A stretch of 64,000 nt of DNA, from NCBI RefSeq assembly GCF_006345805.1, contig NC_043002.1, positions 74,276,001 through 74,340,000 of the forward strand. Direction: 5' to 3'. Positions 25,790 through 38,979 of the stretch are shown piece by piece. Positions within the stretch are counted from its first letter, which is position 1. The number at the start of each line of letters is the position of its first letter. This stretch comes from Octopus sinensis (lineage: Eukaryota). A program made the position numbers and the translations under genes. A model generated the notes under the pieces. It saw nothing but the letters and a program-made list of their open reading frames with translations. It ran no database searches and was not told where the DNA came from.

Positions 25790-26940
25790 ATTAAATTTTG
25801 GCACCAGGCCAGCAATTTTGAAGGGAGGAGGTTACTTGGTTACATTGACCCCAGTCCTTGGCTGGTACTTTATTTTCATTGACCACGGAAGGTTGAAAGG
25901 CAAAGTTGGTCTCAGCAGGATTTGAACCCAGAATGTAAAGGCAGAAGAAATGCTACCTAAGCATTTTGTCCAGCATGCTAACAACAACAGCAACAATAAT
26001 GCTATGATTTATTTTGATAATTACTCATATATTTGTTAATATACTGGTATTGTGCAGCATATGAAATTGACCCTAGGATATTACTAGTACATATTTCAGT
26101 AAAACTAGAAAGTTGAATTTAATATATTTTGAACAGAGAAACATGAAATATCAACTACATAAATCAGATGGTATCAGACATTGTAAATACCAATGTAAAA
26201 CATAAAAAAAAGAAAAGGCCAACATAAGTTTACTTTGATCACATGTCTATCTTTCATGTCTACTACTGCTAAATAACAAATTTTCTTATGGAGATAAAAA
26301 TATCATTGGTAAAAAATGCATACAAAAATTATGGTATCTAACTTGAGGGTATAGAAAGACAGGGGTTCTGTAGTGTTGTTGGTAATACAGTTGTCTAGAA
26401 ATTGATAGGTATATGGTTTAAGCCTTGTTAAATGAACATATTTTTCTTTTCTGTCTCCAACTGATATTTGTAATGTTTAATGTTACATTAAAGTCTGAAT
26501 GAGTCAATTCATAAAAAATATTGTTTTATAGTAATATTGGTTTCAAATTTTGGCACACGGCCAGCATTTTCAGGGAGGTGGGCTAGTCAATTACATCAAC
26601 CCCAATGCTCAATTGGTACTTAATTTATTGACTCCCAAAAGAATGAAAGGCAAAGCTTACCACAGCAGCATTTGAACTCAGAATATAAAGACGGGCAAAA
26701 TACTGCTAAGCATTTTGCCCAGCATGCTAACAATTCTACCAGATCATTGCCCTCATATAATGTTTTCAAATGTTGGCACAAGGGCAAGAATTTCAGGGGA
26801 GGGGGTAAGTTGACTACATCAACCCCAGTGTTCTTGTTTTATCAATACCAATGAATGAAAGGCAAAGTTGAACTCAGAACATAAAAACAGACAAAATGCA
26901 GCATTTTGTCTGGCATGCTAAAGATTCTGCCAGCTGACCA
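25790..26940 (-). mobile_element. Three SINE C2 copies (25790-25985, 26540-26750, 26760-26940)
   Basis: Homology to the C2 tail, core and head modules. Confidence 0.75.
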
Positions 26941-27799
26941 TCTTGTTTTAGAGTAATATTGCCAATATTAAAGAAAAGCCAAGGATTCAGAGTAACATAG
27001 AATAGAGAGTATATGAAGGACATAACATATAGAGTACATAAAGAGTAGATTGACATGACAATTGTATTTGTAAGGAAAGTAGCAGGGATCAAGGAGCAGA
27101 TTTGTAAGGAGGGCAGTAGGAGATAAGCTATGAAAAAACTGGCTGGTGCAGTTTGAAGCTTAGGTTTTTGAATCCTGTTTCACCAAATTGCCTCTCCAAT
27201 AGTCAGTATGCTTCTTTAAAATTTCCTTGTTGGCAGAAAGAAAGGATAAAAGAGCCCTGTAGAAAGATTAAGTGTAATAACTCAGAAACCTACAGCATGC
27301 AGGTTGGTATTAATATTCAAAGAAAAGCTCTGTTATTTAGAAAGAAATGGAAGTTCTTTTTATTTATCCTATTAGTAGTTTTTGGACTGTCAGTCAGAGA
27401 CAAAAGTGCATTATTTCAATGTAATCTTTGTGGAAACCAGTCTTTAAGAATGGAAAGCAAGTTCAGACAAATGAATTCTGTGGTTTTATCAGAGACAATT
27501 ACACTCATACTGATGTCAAATGGATTCCTAGATGACTTCATTATCCATAATGAGTTGTCAAAGTATTATGGTCCTTTTGGTTTGTAAAATATTCTCTTCT
27601 TCAAAATCATTTTAATATTTATGTATGTTTCAACAATATTAATCACTTTGATGCTTTATGGTAGGGCAATGAAAGGATATTGTAAAACCATGTTTATCAG
27701 CATATCTGGTAGGTTTCTAAATTGGAAACAGAAACTGAAATCTTCTGTTAGAATAATAGAACAATATTTCGAATATTATGTCTTATCCTATCATCATCA

Positions 27800-28345
27800 T
27801 CATCATCATCATCGTTTAACATCCGCTTTCCATGCTAGCATGGGTTAGATGATTTTGACTGAGGGCTGGCAAACCAGATGGCTGCACCAGGCTCCAATCT
27901 TGATCAGGCAGAGTTTCTACAGCTAGATGCCCTTCCTAATGCTAACCACTCCGAGAGTGTAGTGGGTGCTTTTTACGTGCCACCGGCACAGGGCCCAGTC
28001 AGGCGGTACTGGCAATGACCTCGCTCAAATCTTTTTACACATGCCACTGGCACAGGTGCTATTAAGGCAACGTTGGTAACAATCACGCTTGAATGGTGTC
28101 CTTTTACGTGCCACTGGCATGGAAGCCAGTTGGCTGCTCTGGCAACGATCACGTTCGGATGGTGCTCTTGGAGCCCTACTAGCACGGGCACAAGTGCCAG
28201 TAAGGCGACGCTGGTAATGATCACACTCAAATGGTGCCTTTTATGTGCCACTGGTACAGAAGCTGGTTAGCCGCTCTGTCAACGATCACACTCGTATGGT
28301 GCTCTTTGCACCCCACTAGCACAGATGCCAATCATCGAATTTGAT
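27800..28345 (-). mobile_element. Retroposon family A
   Basis: Reverse complement of 8480-9030; starts with (CAT)n. Confidence 0.8.
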
Positions 28346-28870
28346 AGTACTAGGCTTACAAAGAATAAGTTCTGGGGTGAATTTGGTCTACTAATGGTGA
28401 AGCTCCAGCATGACCACAGTCAAATGACTGAAACAAAAAAAAAGAGTAAAAAATAATTTGTATCCCAAATTCAATGATTGATTGATTGATTCTAGTTTCA
28501 GCTCATGAGCTGTGGCCATGCTGGGGCACCGCCATTTTTACAATGTTTACAATGCTTTACGAAAATTGTTTAAATATTGGTAGAATTAGTAAATATATAT
28601 ATATGTCTTAGATAGGATTGATTTGATTTCACAGACCTGTTGAGGCAAGTGAAATCAAATCAATCCTATCTAATACATATATATATATATTTACTAATTC
28701 TACTAATATTTAAACAATTTTTATAAAGCATTGTAAACATTGAATTTGGGATACAAATTATTTTTTACTCTTTTTTCTTTTGTTTCAGTCATTTGACTGT
28801 GGCCATGCTGGAGCTTCACCATTAGTAGACCAAATTGACCCCAGAACTTATTCTTTGTAAGCCTAGTACT
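28346..28870. repeat. 525-bp quasi-palindrome (inverted duplication), 16-nt loop at 28633-28648
   Basis: Arms are near-perfect complements apart from a 64-bp insertion (28477-28540) in the left arm. Confidence 0.9.
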
Positions 28871-28970
28871 TATTCTATTGGTCTATTTTGCTGAACCGCT
28901 ACATTACAGGGACGCAAACACAGTAACATTAGTTGTCAAGTGATGGAGGGGAGACAAGCACAGACACACA

Positions 28971-29005
<35 letters not shown>

Positions 29006-29116
29006 GATGGGCTTCTTTCAGTTTCCATCAACCAAATTCACTCACAAGGCTTTGGTCGACCCGAGGTCATAGTAGAAGACACTTGCTCAAGGTGCCATGC
29101 AGTGGGACTGAACCTG
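28765..29116 (-). mobile_element. SINE family B (its tail forms part of the palindrome's right arm)
   Basis: Family homology. Confidence 0.85.
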
Positions 29117-29264
29117 GAATCATGTGGTTGGTAAGCAAGCTACTTACCACACAGCCAATTTATCATTTGTTTATAATAAATTGTCCAGCGACAAATTAAT
29201 GCACCAATGACTTACTAGTGTTTCATTCAAAATTTCAATTCTATAGTGGTTCTGTATAATTTTC

Positions 29265-29319
<55 letters not shown>

Positions 29320-31266
29320 CACACACACACACACATACACACATATAAATGACCCATTCCGGTCATGAATGACCATGGGATTGCACCTAGAAAGTTCCCC
29401 TCCTAGGCATATGTCTGAGCAAAGGTTGTTTGTGGAAGGCCAGCAGTCACTTATGCATACCAGCCTCCTCTCTCCATGCCCCTGATGTTATCCAAGAGAA
29501 AGGCAAAGACCAGATTCAGCTTGGCACCACTTATGTTGCAACTCATTTCTACAGATGATTGAACTGGAGCAATGTGAAATAAAGTGTCTTGCTCAAGAAC
29601 ATAACACATAACCCGGTCCAGGAATTGAACTCATGACCTCACAATCACAAGCTCGATGCTCTACCTACTAAGCCATGATATAGATATATATCTTTCATCT
29701 TTTACTTTTTTAGTCATTAGACTATGGCCATCCTGGGGCATCACCTTGAAGAATTTGTAGTCAAATGAAGTGATCCCAATGCTTATTTTTTTAAGGCAGG
29801 TACTTATTCCATTGGTATCTTTTGCTGTACTGCTAAGTTATGGGGACATAAACACACCATCATTGGGACATAACCCAGAAACATGGGGTTGGGAAGCAAA
29901 TGAGCCTTTGTCAACAAATATTACTGATGTCATATCATTTATCATACACACATCTATAGGTACATATAAATATATATACATATATACTTTTAAAGACATG
30001 GATGTATGTACTCGGTCTAAAGCACTTGGTTTAAAATACTTCGGCCTAAGAACACTAACCTAAAACACTCTCATCTAATAAATATTATTGCTACTTTTTG
30101 AGGTACTTCCAAGATTCTTCACCATTTTCTGTATTATTTACAGTTACATCTAATTCTTATCTTCAGCCTTGAGTGATTTGACATTTACAGATCTAAGAAC
30201 TTTGATATTTTGATAGCATTGGTTTCTCAAGAGTTCTGAAATATTTTGTCGCAAAACAAAGAGCGATTCAATACCCAACTAATTGCAAAGAATGAGTGAG
30301 TAGACGAACATCTCTTTTAATTTCATTTTCCAGTGATTATGTAATCGATCTTCAGATCAAAGATGCATCAAAGTTGTTTTATAATTAATTGGTTGCTGGA
30401 ACAGTGTGTTTGCCACAGGGAGGAAAAATTCATTAGAAAAAGACATCAGACACAGACCATAACTATTCTTTTCGCCTACACTGCTTATCAATGGCACCAG
30501 ACCAATTACCAGAATCAGAAGTTACCGAGCAGTAGGATCTTGTCATTATTATAGGCTTATGAGAAGGTAGAATGTAAGCTATCAGAAAAAGCATTTTCTG
30601 AGATTGTCAAAACATTATTTAAAAAAAAAATTTCTTGAACTCTAGGCATTATAAGCTCAGTTAAACAGTTTCCATGACTGAGATCACAATATTCCCCCTG
30701 AATGGGATGATGGTCTTTTGCAGGATTCAAGACCATCAATTTTTCAGGTGAGGGGATAAGTTGATTGTATTGGCCCCAGTACCTGAGTGGTACTTTATTT
30801 TATTGTCTCTCAAGGAATGAAGGGAAAACTTGATCTCAGTTGGATTTGAACTCATAATATAAAGACCAAGAAGAAATGTCACTAAACATTATGTTCAATA
30901 GCCTAATGGTTTTGCCAGCTTGCTTTCTTCAGAGGATAGTTTATAAAATATGTTGAGTACCTCTCCTTCACATCTACTTTTAATGTCATAATCTCTTTGA
31001 CCTTGACAAAGGGCTAATAGTTGTTTAGCAATGATAATTTTTATTGCCAATCCATGACCAGATGACCAAGTTTCATTTTCTCCCTTGAATTTCCAATAAA
31101 AAATATATTTCTCCTATTTCATATAGTTGACCTACCCCATGAGAATATGTTTCATTAAGAATAGTAATATATTGGTAGATTTTACTGGAAGCTGAAACTT
31201 TACAAATTGTTTCTTTGAAGTATATGTGTATTATACACACACACACACACACACACACGTACACCT

Positions 31267-31298
<32 letters not shown>

Positions 31299-31393
31299 TT
31301 CAACAATTGAGGGCAAAATTAATTAATTATTAATCAATTTCACCAAGTGTTCAGTATGCAAAGGGACCATTCAAGGCGAATTCAAATTATTAC

Positions 31394-31531
31394 ATTATAT
31401 AAAAGGGCTTAGTAAAATAAATTACTTTGCCGCATACTGAACTCATTAGAAATAGCAGCTTTTTAGCTGCTATTTCTAATGAGTTCAGTATGCGGCAAAG
31501 TAATTTATTTTACTAAGCCCTTTTATATAAT
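31394..31531. repeat. Perfect palindrome, 67-bp arms, TTTT loop
   Basis: ATTATATAAAAGGGCTTAG...AGCAGCT / TTTT / AGCTGCT...CCCTTTTATATAAT, checked base by base. Confidence 0.95.
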
Positions 31532-31547
31532 ATATATATATATATAA

Positions 31548-31703
31548 AATCAAAATAAGCAACAAGGATATCCAGAGGCAATGCAGTATGATCGTTTCAT
31601 GCGACTCCATTTACTTGAACAATGAGCATTGTTCAATTAAATGAAGTTGCATGAAATGATTGTACAGCATTACCTCTGGATATCCTTGTTGCTTATTTTG
31701 ATT
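31548..31703. repeat. Imperfect palindrome, ~77-bp arms, 2-nt loop
   Basis: ATCAAAATAAGCAACAAGGATATCCAGAGG...GAACAATG / AG / CATTGTTC...CCTCTGGATATCCTTGTTGCTTATTTTGAT, about 8 mismatches. Confidence 0.9.
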
Positions 31704-32589
31704 ATAATCACCTTATTTTAAATTGTATGGATAATACCATACTAAATTCTGGTGCCTCAACTTAAGTACCATATTCATCTGAATCTAAATTTTTTACTGA
31801 ACTCATCGACCATACCTAGAGTATATATATATATACACATATATATGATGGACTCTCCCATCAAAGACAACATACTAGCATTCAGCTTTTGCCAAACAAT
31901 CTGCACACATGATTTGTTTATAGTGATCAAATGTTTGTGCCACAAATTAGCTCACTCTCTCCATCAAATCAATGTTGTCTGAACAGAGGTGCATTGTTTA
32001 CCACACGTCAGGTGTCAAAGTGATCACAAAACAATGTGAGATGAAGTGTTTTGATCAAGAACACACCACCTGGTGTAGGAATTGAAATCACAATCTCACA
32101 ATTACAAGTGCAACAACCTAACCACTAGGTCATTCACTGTGGTGAATTCACCGTGTACTAGCTATAGAAAATATTTTGATATTGGAGCATATAATCCCTT
32201 GATGGAAAAAAAAAATGAGAATAAGTACATGGGGGAATCAAACCCACATCTCTTATATTGATGATAAGTGTGCTGACCAATTACACCAACTTGACTATCT
32301 GAGTTCTTTCTATTATATTTAACAACTATAATTTCATAGCGTTATGTAAACAAACAAAGATGTGTGTATTCTGTGTTAAATTAAGAAATGGTGACAAGTG
32401 AAAATTCTGTAAATAATAATTATAAGCTTTAAGTTTATAAGTATTCACCATGTATAGGTTATAGAAAATAGTCTGATATTGGAGTGAATATAAGAGGTGT
32501 ATATAAAAGGTTCAATTCCCACTCCTAATGCCTGTGATGGGCATAGGTACAGCCCTATCCTTTATGCCACCCCATTAAAACTAAAATTA

Positions 32590-32712
32590 TGCACATGTGT
32601 GCATGTGTATGTGTGCATGTATGTACACATCAGTATGTGGTGCATGTGTGTGTGTATAAGTATGTATATATACACACACATATATATGCACACTCATACA
32701 CACACATGTATA

Positions 32713-32748
<36 letters not shown>

Positions 32749-32990
32749 CACACACACGTGCACACACACACATACAAACACATGCATACACATATATACA
32801 CACACACACATATGCGCACAGACACACACATACACAAACACGCATACTCATATATATCTATCTATTTATTTATCTATACATATATATATATATGCACATA
32901 CACACAAATATTTTCACATATACATATATAGACACAAACAGATAGACACATGCATACGTATGAATATCTGTCTATATATATCTATGTACA
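32590..32990. repeat. Complex (TG)/(TA)/(CA) low-complexity tract
   Basis: Direct reading. Confidence 0.85.
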
Positions 32991-34161
32991 ATTCATGTTG
33001 TATTGTCCTTCACTAGGGCATGTAATTTTGTATGCTGTGTAGTGTGTGTGTGTGTGTGTGTTAAAGGATATCCATTAAGGATCTAGGTATATCAAAGTGA
33101 AAATCCAAGGATGAATAGAACCATAAATGTGGCATAAAAACATAATAAACACAGATGATTGGGTTATCTGGTATAGTTACAATTGTTTTGTCAACTCTTA
33201 ATTGTGACATGGTATACTCAGGTATGTAGTATGCACAAACTCCTTTAAATCATGTAATACATTATGCAACCCTCAATTCATCAGATATACCAAATATACA
33301 AGCGAGCAATGACATGCTGAAGAGTCAACAGATCATTAACAAATGAAAGTTTGAATCAGAATTACCAACATTTCAGAAATGTAAAGTGGGTGGAACTATA
33401 ATCAAGAGGGTTGATAGCAGAATATGGTTGTAAATTATAGAATAGTTAAAAAGTATAACTAAGATGTCATTACATTTTGTGACATCACTCATAAAAACTG
33501 GTACTAGCAAAACAGGCTTATATAGCATCAGATAACAGGTGCTGAGTATGACATCTGACTCTATCAAAACATTTTTGAAGTCAGTTGCTATTGTCGTTCT
33601 CAGAAAAAAAAAAAGAAAGAAAACAAAAAGAAACCATTTACAATTTATAATGTCTTGTACATCAATGGCATGATCAGTATCAACATAAAAGATATAAAGG
33701 GTATAAAATTTACATTAGTTAAATATCAAAATTTAGAGAGATCGATTATATAACTGCTATGAAGTTACAAGTTGAAAGGCTAGAATTGGTAGAGATGGAA
33801 AAACAAAACCAACAGTCACATTAAAAACTCGAAAAACCATGAATCCCAATATTTTTATCGATATTGTTACTTTATTATTATTGAGAGTAAAGCAAGTCTA
33901 TTAAAATCATATAGGTTAAGTAGATAGGTCATACCAGTAATAATAATAATAATTTAAAATTACGAGGAACATTCAGAAAATGTTAAAAGAATTTAAAATA
34001 AATTACAAAGAATTATAAAAGAATTAAAAAGGCCATAAATGTTAAAAGAATTTATAAGGATTATACAGAATTGTAAAAATCATAACCAGGGAGGATGAAG
34101 CAAGTATAAAAAGCAAATTGATTAAAGTTATTAAATTGTAAATTATATAAAATTACAATTA

Positions 34162-35448
34162 CAAGAAGTGTTCATTGAAGATTTCCCCTGATCCACTTCC
34201 CAAGGACTGGGATAAATGAAACTTGACATAATTATTAGTCCTCCTCTACATAGCCACCACCAATGATGATACACTTTTCCCATTGCTTTATGTAGCTGTG
34301 ATGTCCTCATCTGAAGAAGTCGGTAGGTTGCATCTGGAGCCAAGACTTTACCCCAGAAATAAGTTCATCATCCAAAAAGTGCTTCCCCTTCATAAAAGAC
34401 TTCATGGTTGGAAAGAGGTGGAAGTCAGATGGTGCGAGGTCGAGGGAGTAAGTGGGATGAGGAAGGATTTCATAGCTGCAGGAGCATGCTATCATCTGGG
34501 CAACATGTGCATTGTGAACTGGGGCATTGTCTTGGAGGAACTGGACTCCTTTGACAGCATGCCACACCTCCCTACTTTGACGGTGTCCTGCAATTTCTGC
34601 AGCAGAAAAGCATAATGTCCTGTTAATTGTACTGCCCTTTGCCAGAAAATCCATCATCACTACTCTATGCTGGTCCCAAAAGACTGTGAGCATCACCTTG
34701 TCTGCTGAGGGTTGGACCCAAGCCTTCTTTGGAGGTAATGAGTTATCATGCTTCCATTGCTTTGACTGGACTTTAGTTTCAGGATTGTAGTAATGGACCC
34801 ATATCTCATCCTGTGTGATAAGCCTGCATAAAAATCTTCCTCGTTTTCTTGGTACATTGCCAAAAGAGCCTGGGAGCAATTGACTCATTTCTGCTTCTGA
34901 AAAGGTGTGAGCATCCAGGGAAACCATCATGCAGACAACTTCCACATGTGCAAATGGTCATGAATTATTTTTTCCATAGACCCTACACTTATCGTCACGT
35001 CTTCGACTAGTTGTCAAATAGTTATGCAGCGATCCTCTAAAATGACAGCTTCCACTTTATGGATGGTGTCATCATCAGTGGCAGAATGTGGTCATCCAGT
35101 AATAGGAGCAGTTTCCACTGACGTCCAACCACTTTTAAACTGGCAATGCCAGTGCTTGACTACGTCATATGATGATGAATTGTCACCATAAACTTCTTTC
35201 ATCTCATTGAAAGTCTCTTTTGGTGTACGACCTTTCAAGTATAAGAACCTAATCACTGATCTGCATTCAACTGCCTCCATTATAACACTTTAGTCCACTT
35301 CAGCAGTTGTAAAAGACAAATGAATATTAGTGGAAAGCTACAATTTATATTGTGACATGTAGAGACATGTATAATTACACCTGTACAAGTTCCATTTCCT
35401 GCAATAACTGGAAGTGGGTCAGGGGAAATCTTTAATGAACACCCCTCG
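34162..35448 (-). mobile_element. Full-length (1287 bp) decayed mariner transposon, irritans/Hsmar2-like TIRs
   Basis: TIRs C(G/A)AG(G/A)(G/A)GTGTTCATT(A/G)AAGATTTCCCCTGA(C/T)CCACTTCC with TA at 34160-61 and 35449-50; HTH ORF 35280..35092; catalytic ORF with TQDEIW, QDNAPVH, SLDLAPSD (D,D34D); several frameshifts. Confidence 0.95.
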
Positions 35449-35627
35449 TATTGGCATATGTTGTTAGAAGTAATGTTATACAAAGGTAGTTAAAGTATGA
35501 TCAAATTATTAGTATTAATAATATTAGGATATGCTAGGCTGCCTAAATACATAATTCATTGTAGGTTTATTGATATGTATCTAGTGTTCAGAGATTTTAT
35601 AGAATCTATTGAAGTATAAGAAAGTTC

Positions 35628-35879
35628 TTATTTTTTAAAAATATTCTATTTTTTATTTTTTGTCCACAAAGAGCTAAACATAGAGGGGACAAACAAGGAC
35701 AGACAAAGGAATTAAGTCGACTACATCAACCCCCAGTGTGTAACTGGTACTTAATTTATCAACCCCGAAAGAATGAAAGGCAAAGTCGACCTCAGCGGAA
35801 TTTGAACTCAAAACGTAACAGCAGATGAAATACTGCTAAGAATTTTGCCCGGTGTGCTAAGGTTTCTGCCAGCTCGCCA
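35628..35879 (-). mobile_element. SINE family C, full length
   Basis: 13-bp TSD TATAAGAAAGTTC at 35615-35627 / 35880-35892. Confidence 0.85.
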
Positions 35880-36376
35880 TATAAGAAAGTTCGGTGGATC
35901 TATTAATAACATCACCTGTGCATTTTAAAATTTCCAACAATTCCAGATAGCAGAGAGATTGTATCCATATCTATCACAAGCATAAAGCTTAGCATATCTA
36001 GTGATGCTCCATGATACTTTTGGCCTTTAACTCCAGGACTTCATGGAGAGTGATGTTATTTTTGCATTATCTCTCCTAAATGTTTGAAGATGATTGTGTA
36101 TACTCAATTTAAAATCTGAAGCTGAGCTTACGTAAATGAAACCATGTACATTAGTTTTTAACATTACTTTTATAAACAATCTTTTAGTTAGGAATTAATT
36201 TCCAAGTGGACATTCGTCGCTCAACTCACCCCCCAAAAATGTGTTAAATTTTTTTTTATCAACGAACAAGTCACAGTTTTGAGCAATGAAAATTTTGACA
36301 CCAAATTGGAAATAAATGTTTAAGTGAAGTTAACAGCCTCTGCATTTCGGAATGGCTAACTTGTGTCTTCCATACT

Positions 36377-36735
36377 GCAGGAGTGGCTGTGTGGTAAGTG
36401 GCTTGCTTACCAACCACATGATTCCGGGTTCAGTCCCACTGCGTGGCACCTTGGGCAAGTGTCTTCTACTATAGCCTCGGGCCGACCAAAGCCTTGTGAG
36501 TGGATTTGGTAGACAGAAACAGAAAGACGCCCATCGTATATGCGTGTGTGTGTCCAACATTGCTTGACAACCGATGCTGGTGTGTTAACGCCCCCATAAC
36601 TTAGCGGTTCAGCCAAAAAGACCGATAGAATAAGTATTAGGCTCACAAAGAATAAGTCCTGGGATCGATTTGCTCGACTAAAGGTGGTGCTCCAGCATGA
36701 CCACAATCAAAATGACTGAAACAAGTATAAGAGAA
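36377..36735 (+). mobile_element. SINE family B, full length
   Basis: Head GCAGGAGTGGCTGTGTGGTAAG...GGGTTCAGTCCC; family tail. Confidence 0.85.
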
Positions 36736-36874
36736 TACAATCTCAGATCAAAACACTTACTATGCAAGTATATCTCTATAATATGTATGTATGTATGTAT
36801 GTATGTATGACAACTGGATTAGTGTAAATACACTAATAAGATAGGGAAGTAGGAGAGAGTGAGAGAGAGAAAGA

Positions 36875-36947
<73 letters not shown>

Positions 36948-37164
36948 GGAAGTCGTTTGTGTATTCATTGTTTTAACAGCAGGGCTTCTGTTTGTTCATG
37001 TACGAATATAACTCTCTCTTCATTGCTTTAACAATCATTAACGTATATTTGTACGCGTATGAAGCATTGCGTTATAACATTCAGAAACACCTTCCATTAT
37101 ACCAATTTTCACTTTCAGTTGTATCCAACATATGGTTAATAATGACAACAACAACAACAGCAGG

Positions 37165-37340
37165 GGAGGACGCAAAATGGCCCAGTGGTTAGGGCAGCGG
37201 ACTCGCGGTCGTAAGAATGCATTTTCGATTCCCAGACTGGGCATTCTGAGTGTTTATTGAGCAAAAACATCTAAGCTCCATGAGGCTCTGGCGGGGTGGG
37301 GGTGGTGAACCTCGCTGTACTCTTTCTCTCACTCTTTCTT
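37165..37340 (+). mobile_element. SINE family E, 5' part
   Basis: A-box TGGCCCAGTGG, B-box-like TTTCGATTCC; homology to 14645-14955 and 39135-39300. Confidence 0.75.
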
Positions 37341-37719
37341 CTTACTTCTGTCACAAAGCAGAGGAACTATGGTGTAAAAAGCCAACGTAGCTTTCGCGCC
37401 CGTGCAATCGCCAGTCTAGTGCATGTGGTAGGTGGATCGGATCTTCAAGTTGCCACACGCATTCTTAGTAGCTTAGAGTAGGCTCGAATTATGAGATTAT
37501 TATTTGTGGTTAATGGCGTGAGTCCTGGTTGGAAGAAAAAGACAACACCAACAACAAAGCACTACCCAGCGATATGACTATTACGAGTGAGCTTTTCTGT
37601 GGTTGCTCGACCTGTAATAAATAGCAACCAAATCCTCCTCAAATCACAATCTACTGTCTTAGAAAAGAAGGGGTACATTCAACGTAGTAACCCCCCCCCC
37701 ACACACACACATAGCTTTT

Positions 37720-38460
37720 AACGTTTGTTTCAGTCATTGGACCTCGGCCATGCTGGGGCACTGACTTGAAGGGTTTAGTAAAAAAAAAACATCCACACCA
37801 GTACTTATTTTTTAAGTCTGGTATTTATTCCATTGGTTTCTTTTAACGAACCATAAAATTATGGGGACTTAAACAAACCAACACCGGTTGTCAAACGATG
37901 GTGTTGGGAAAGGAAAAACACACACACACACACACACACATACGACGAGCTTCCGCACAATTTCTGTTAACCAGGTCAGATCCGTCGCGTGACTTTTAGA
38001 GGGCCCCCTGCAAGTTTTTGTTTCGAGGCCCCACCCCTTGAATCAAAATTCATAATTTATGCACCTTTTATTCATAACTATATTTTACTTTATTCTATCT
38101 GAAGTTCAATATTTCACGTTATCCTAAAGAACATCTTTAAAGGTACAAGTTTAAAAAGATTTATTTAGGTCTATTTCAAATCGTTTAATTCATGTTCAAC
38201 ATCTCAACCAAAGTAAACAGATGACTCATCTACGTATTTTGATCTTAACATGGGGCCCCTCAACCGCGGAGGCCTCCTGCGACTGCAGGAGTTGCAGAGG
38301 CTTAGCAACAGCCCTGAACAGATTCACTCAAAAGTCATTGGTTGACCTGAGGGCTATAGTAGAAAAAAAACAACTTTGTCCAAGATGCCGTACATTGACA
38401 CTGAACCTGAAACCAAGCGATTGCAAAGCAAACTTCTTAACCACACAGTCACCCAAATGG
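37720..38460 (-). mobile_element. SINE family B interrupted by a probable hAT-like MITE (37977-38316)
   Basis: SINE halves rejoin across the insert; insert ends CAGATCCGTCGC / GCAACAGCCCTG (decayed CAGGGC-type TIR); TSD unclear. Confidence 0.6.
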
Positions 38461-38979
38461 GTACGTGCAAGAATGCTTTCGATAATATTTCATTTGCTCA
38501 GTTTTATTTGAATAAGACGAAACAACGCCGTCTTGAGTTGTATATTTCATTCGTATATCTCTGACCATATATCTATATATACTTATTTGTATATTGACGC
38601 GTGCAAATGCGTAAAAGAATATGCTAGCAAGAAAAAGCCAACACGGTTCAAATAACTAACTAAATAAATAAATGCCACCAATTTATAACAGAGGTGAGAA
38701 TGTTATGAAATACACAGCAACAGCACAAAAGCAACAGAAAGAATAGAGATGCGTTTTTATGTATATTATTCTGCAACCGCTTGCGTTGTGTAAACGCTCT
38801 TATCTTTATAACGAGATAGAAAATGTCATTTATATTATTCGTAATGACTGAAAAATATCTATTTTAAATCAAGTCTCTCTGTCTGTTTGTCTGTATGTCT
38901 CTATTTCTTTCGCTCTCTCACACATGTAGATTTGGTTGTGCAAACAGATAAATATAGCTCAAAACATAAGTGCACGTGT

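Noticed and set aside
27153-27587. 144-aa ORF in a non-repetitive-looking stretch
   Set aside because: TTG start, no recognisable motif, no clear splice context; may be an old TE but this is unsupported.
34283-34615. 110-aa plus-strand ORF
   Set aside because: Antisense shadow of the mariner transposase; likewise 24469-24969 for the R4 element.
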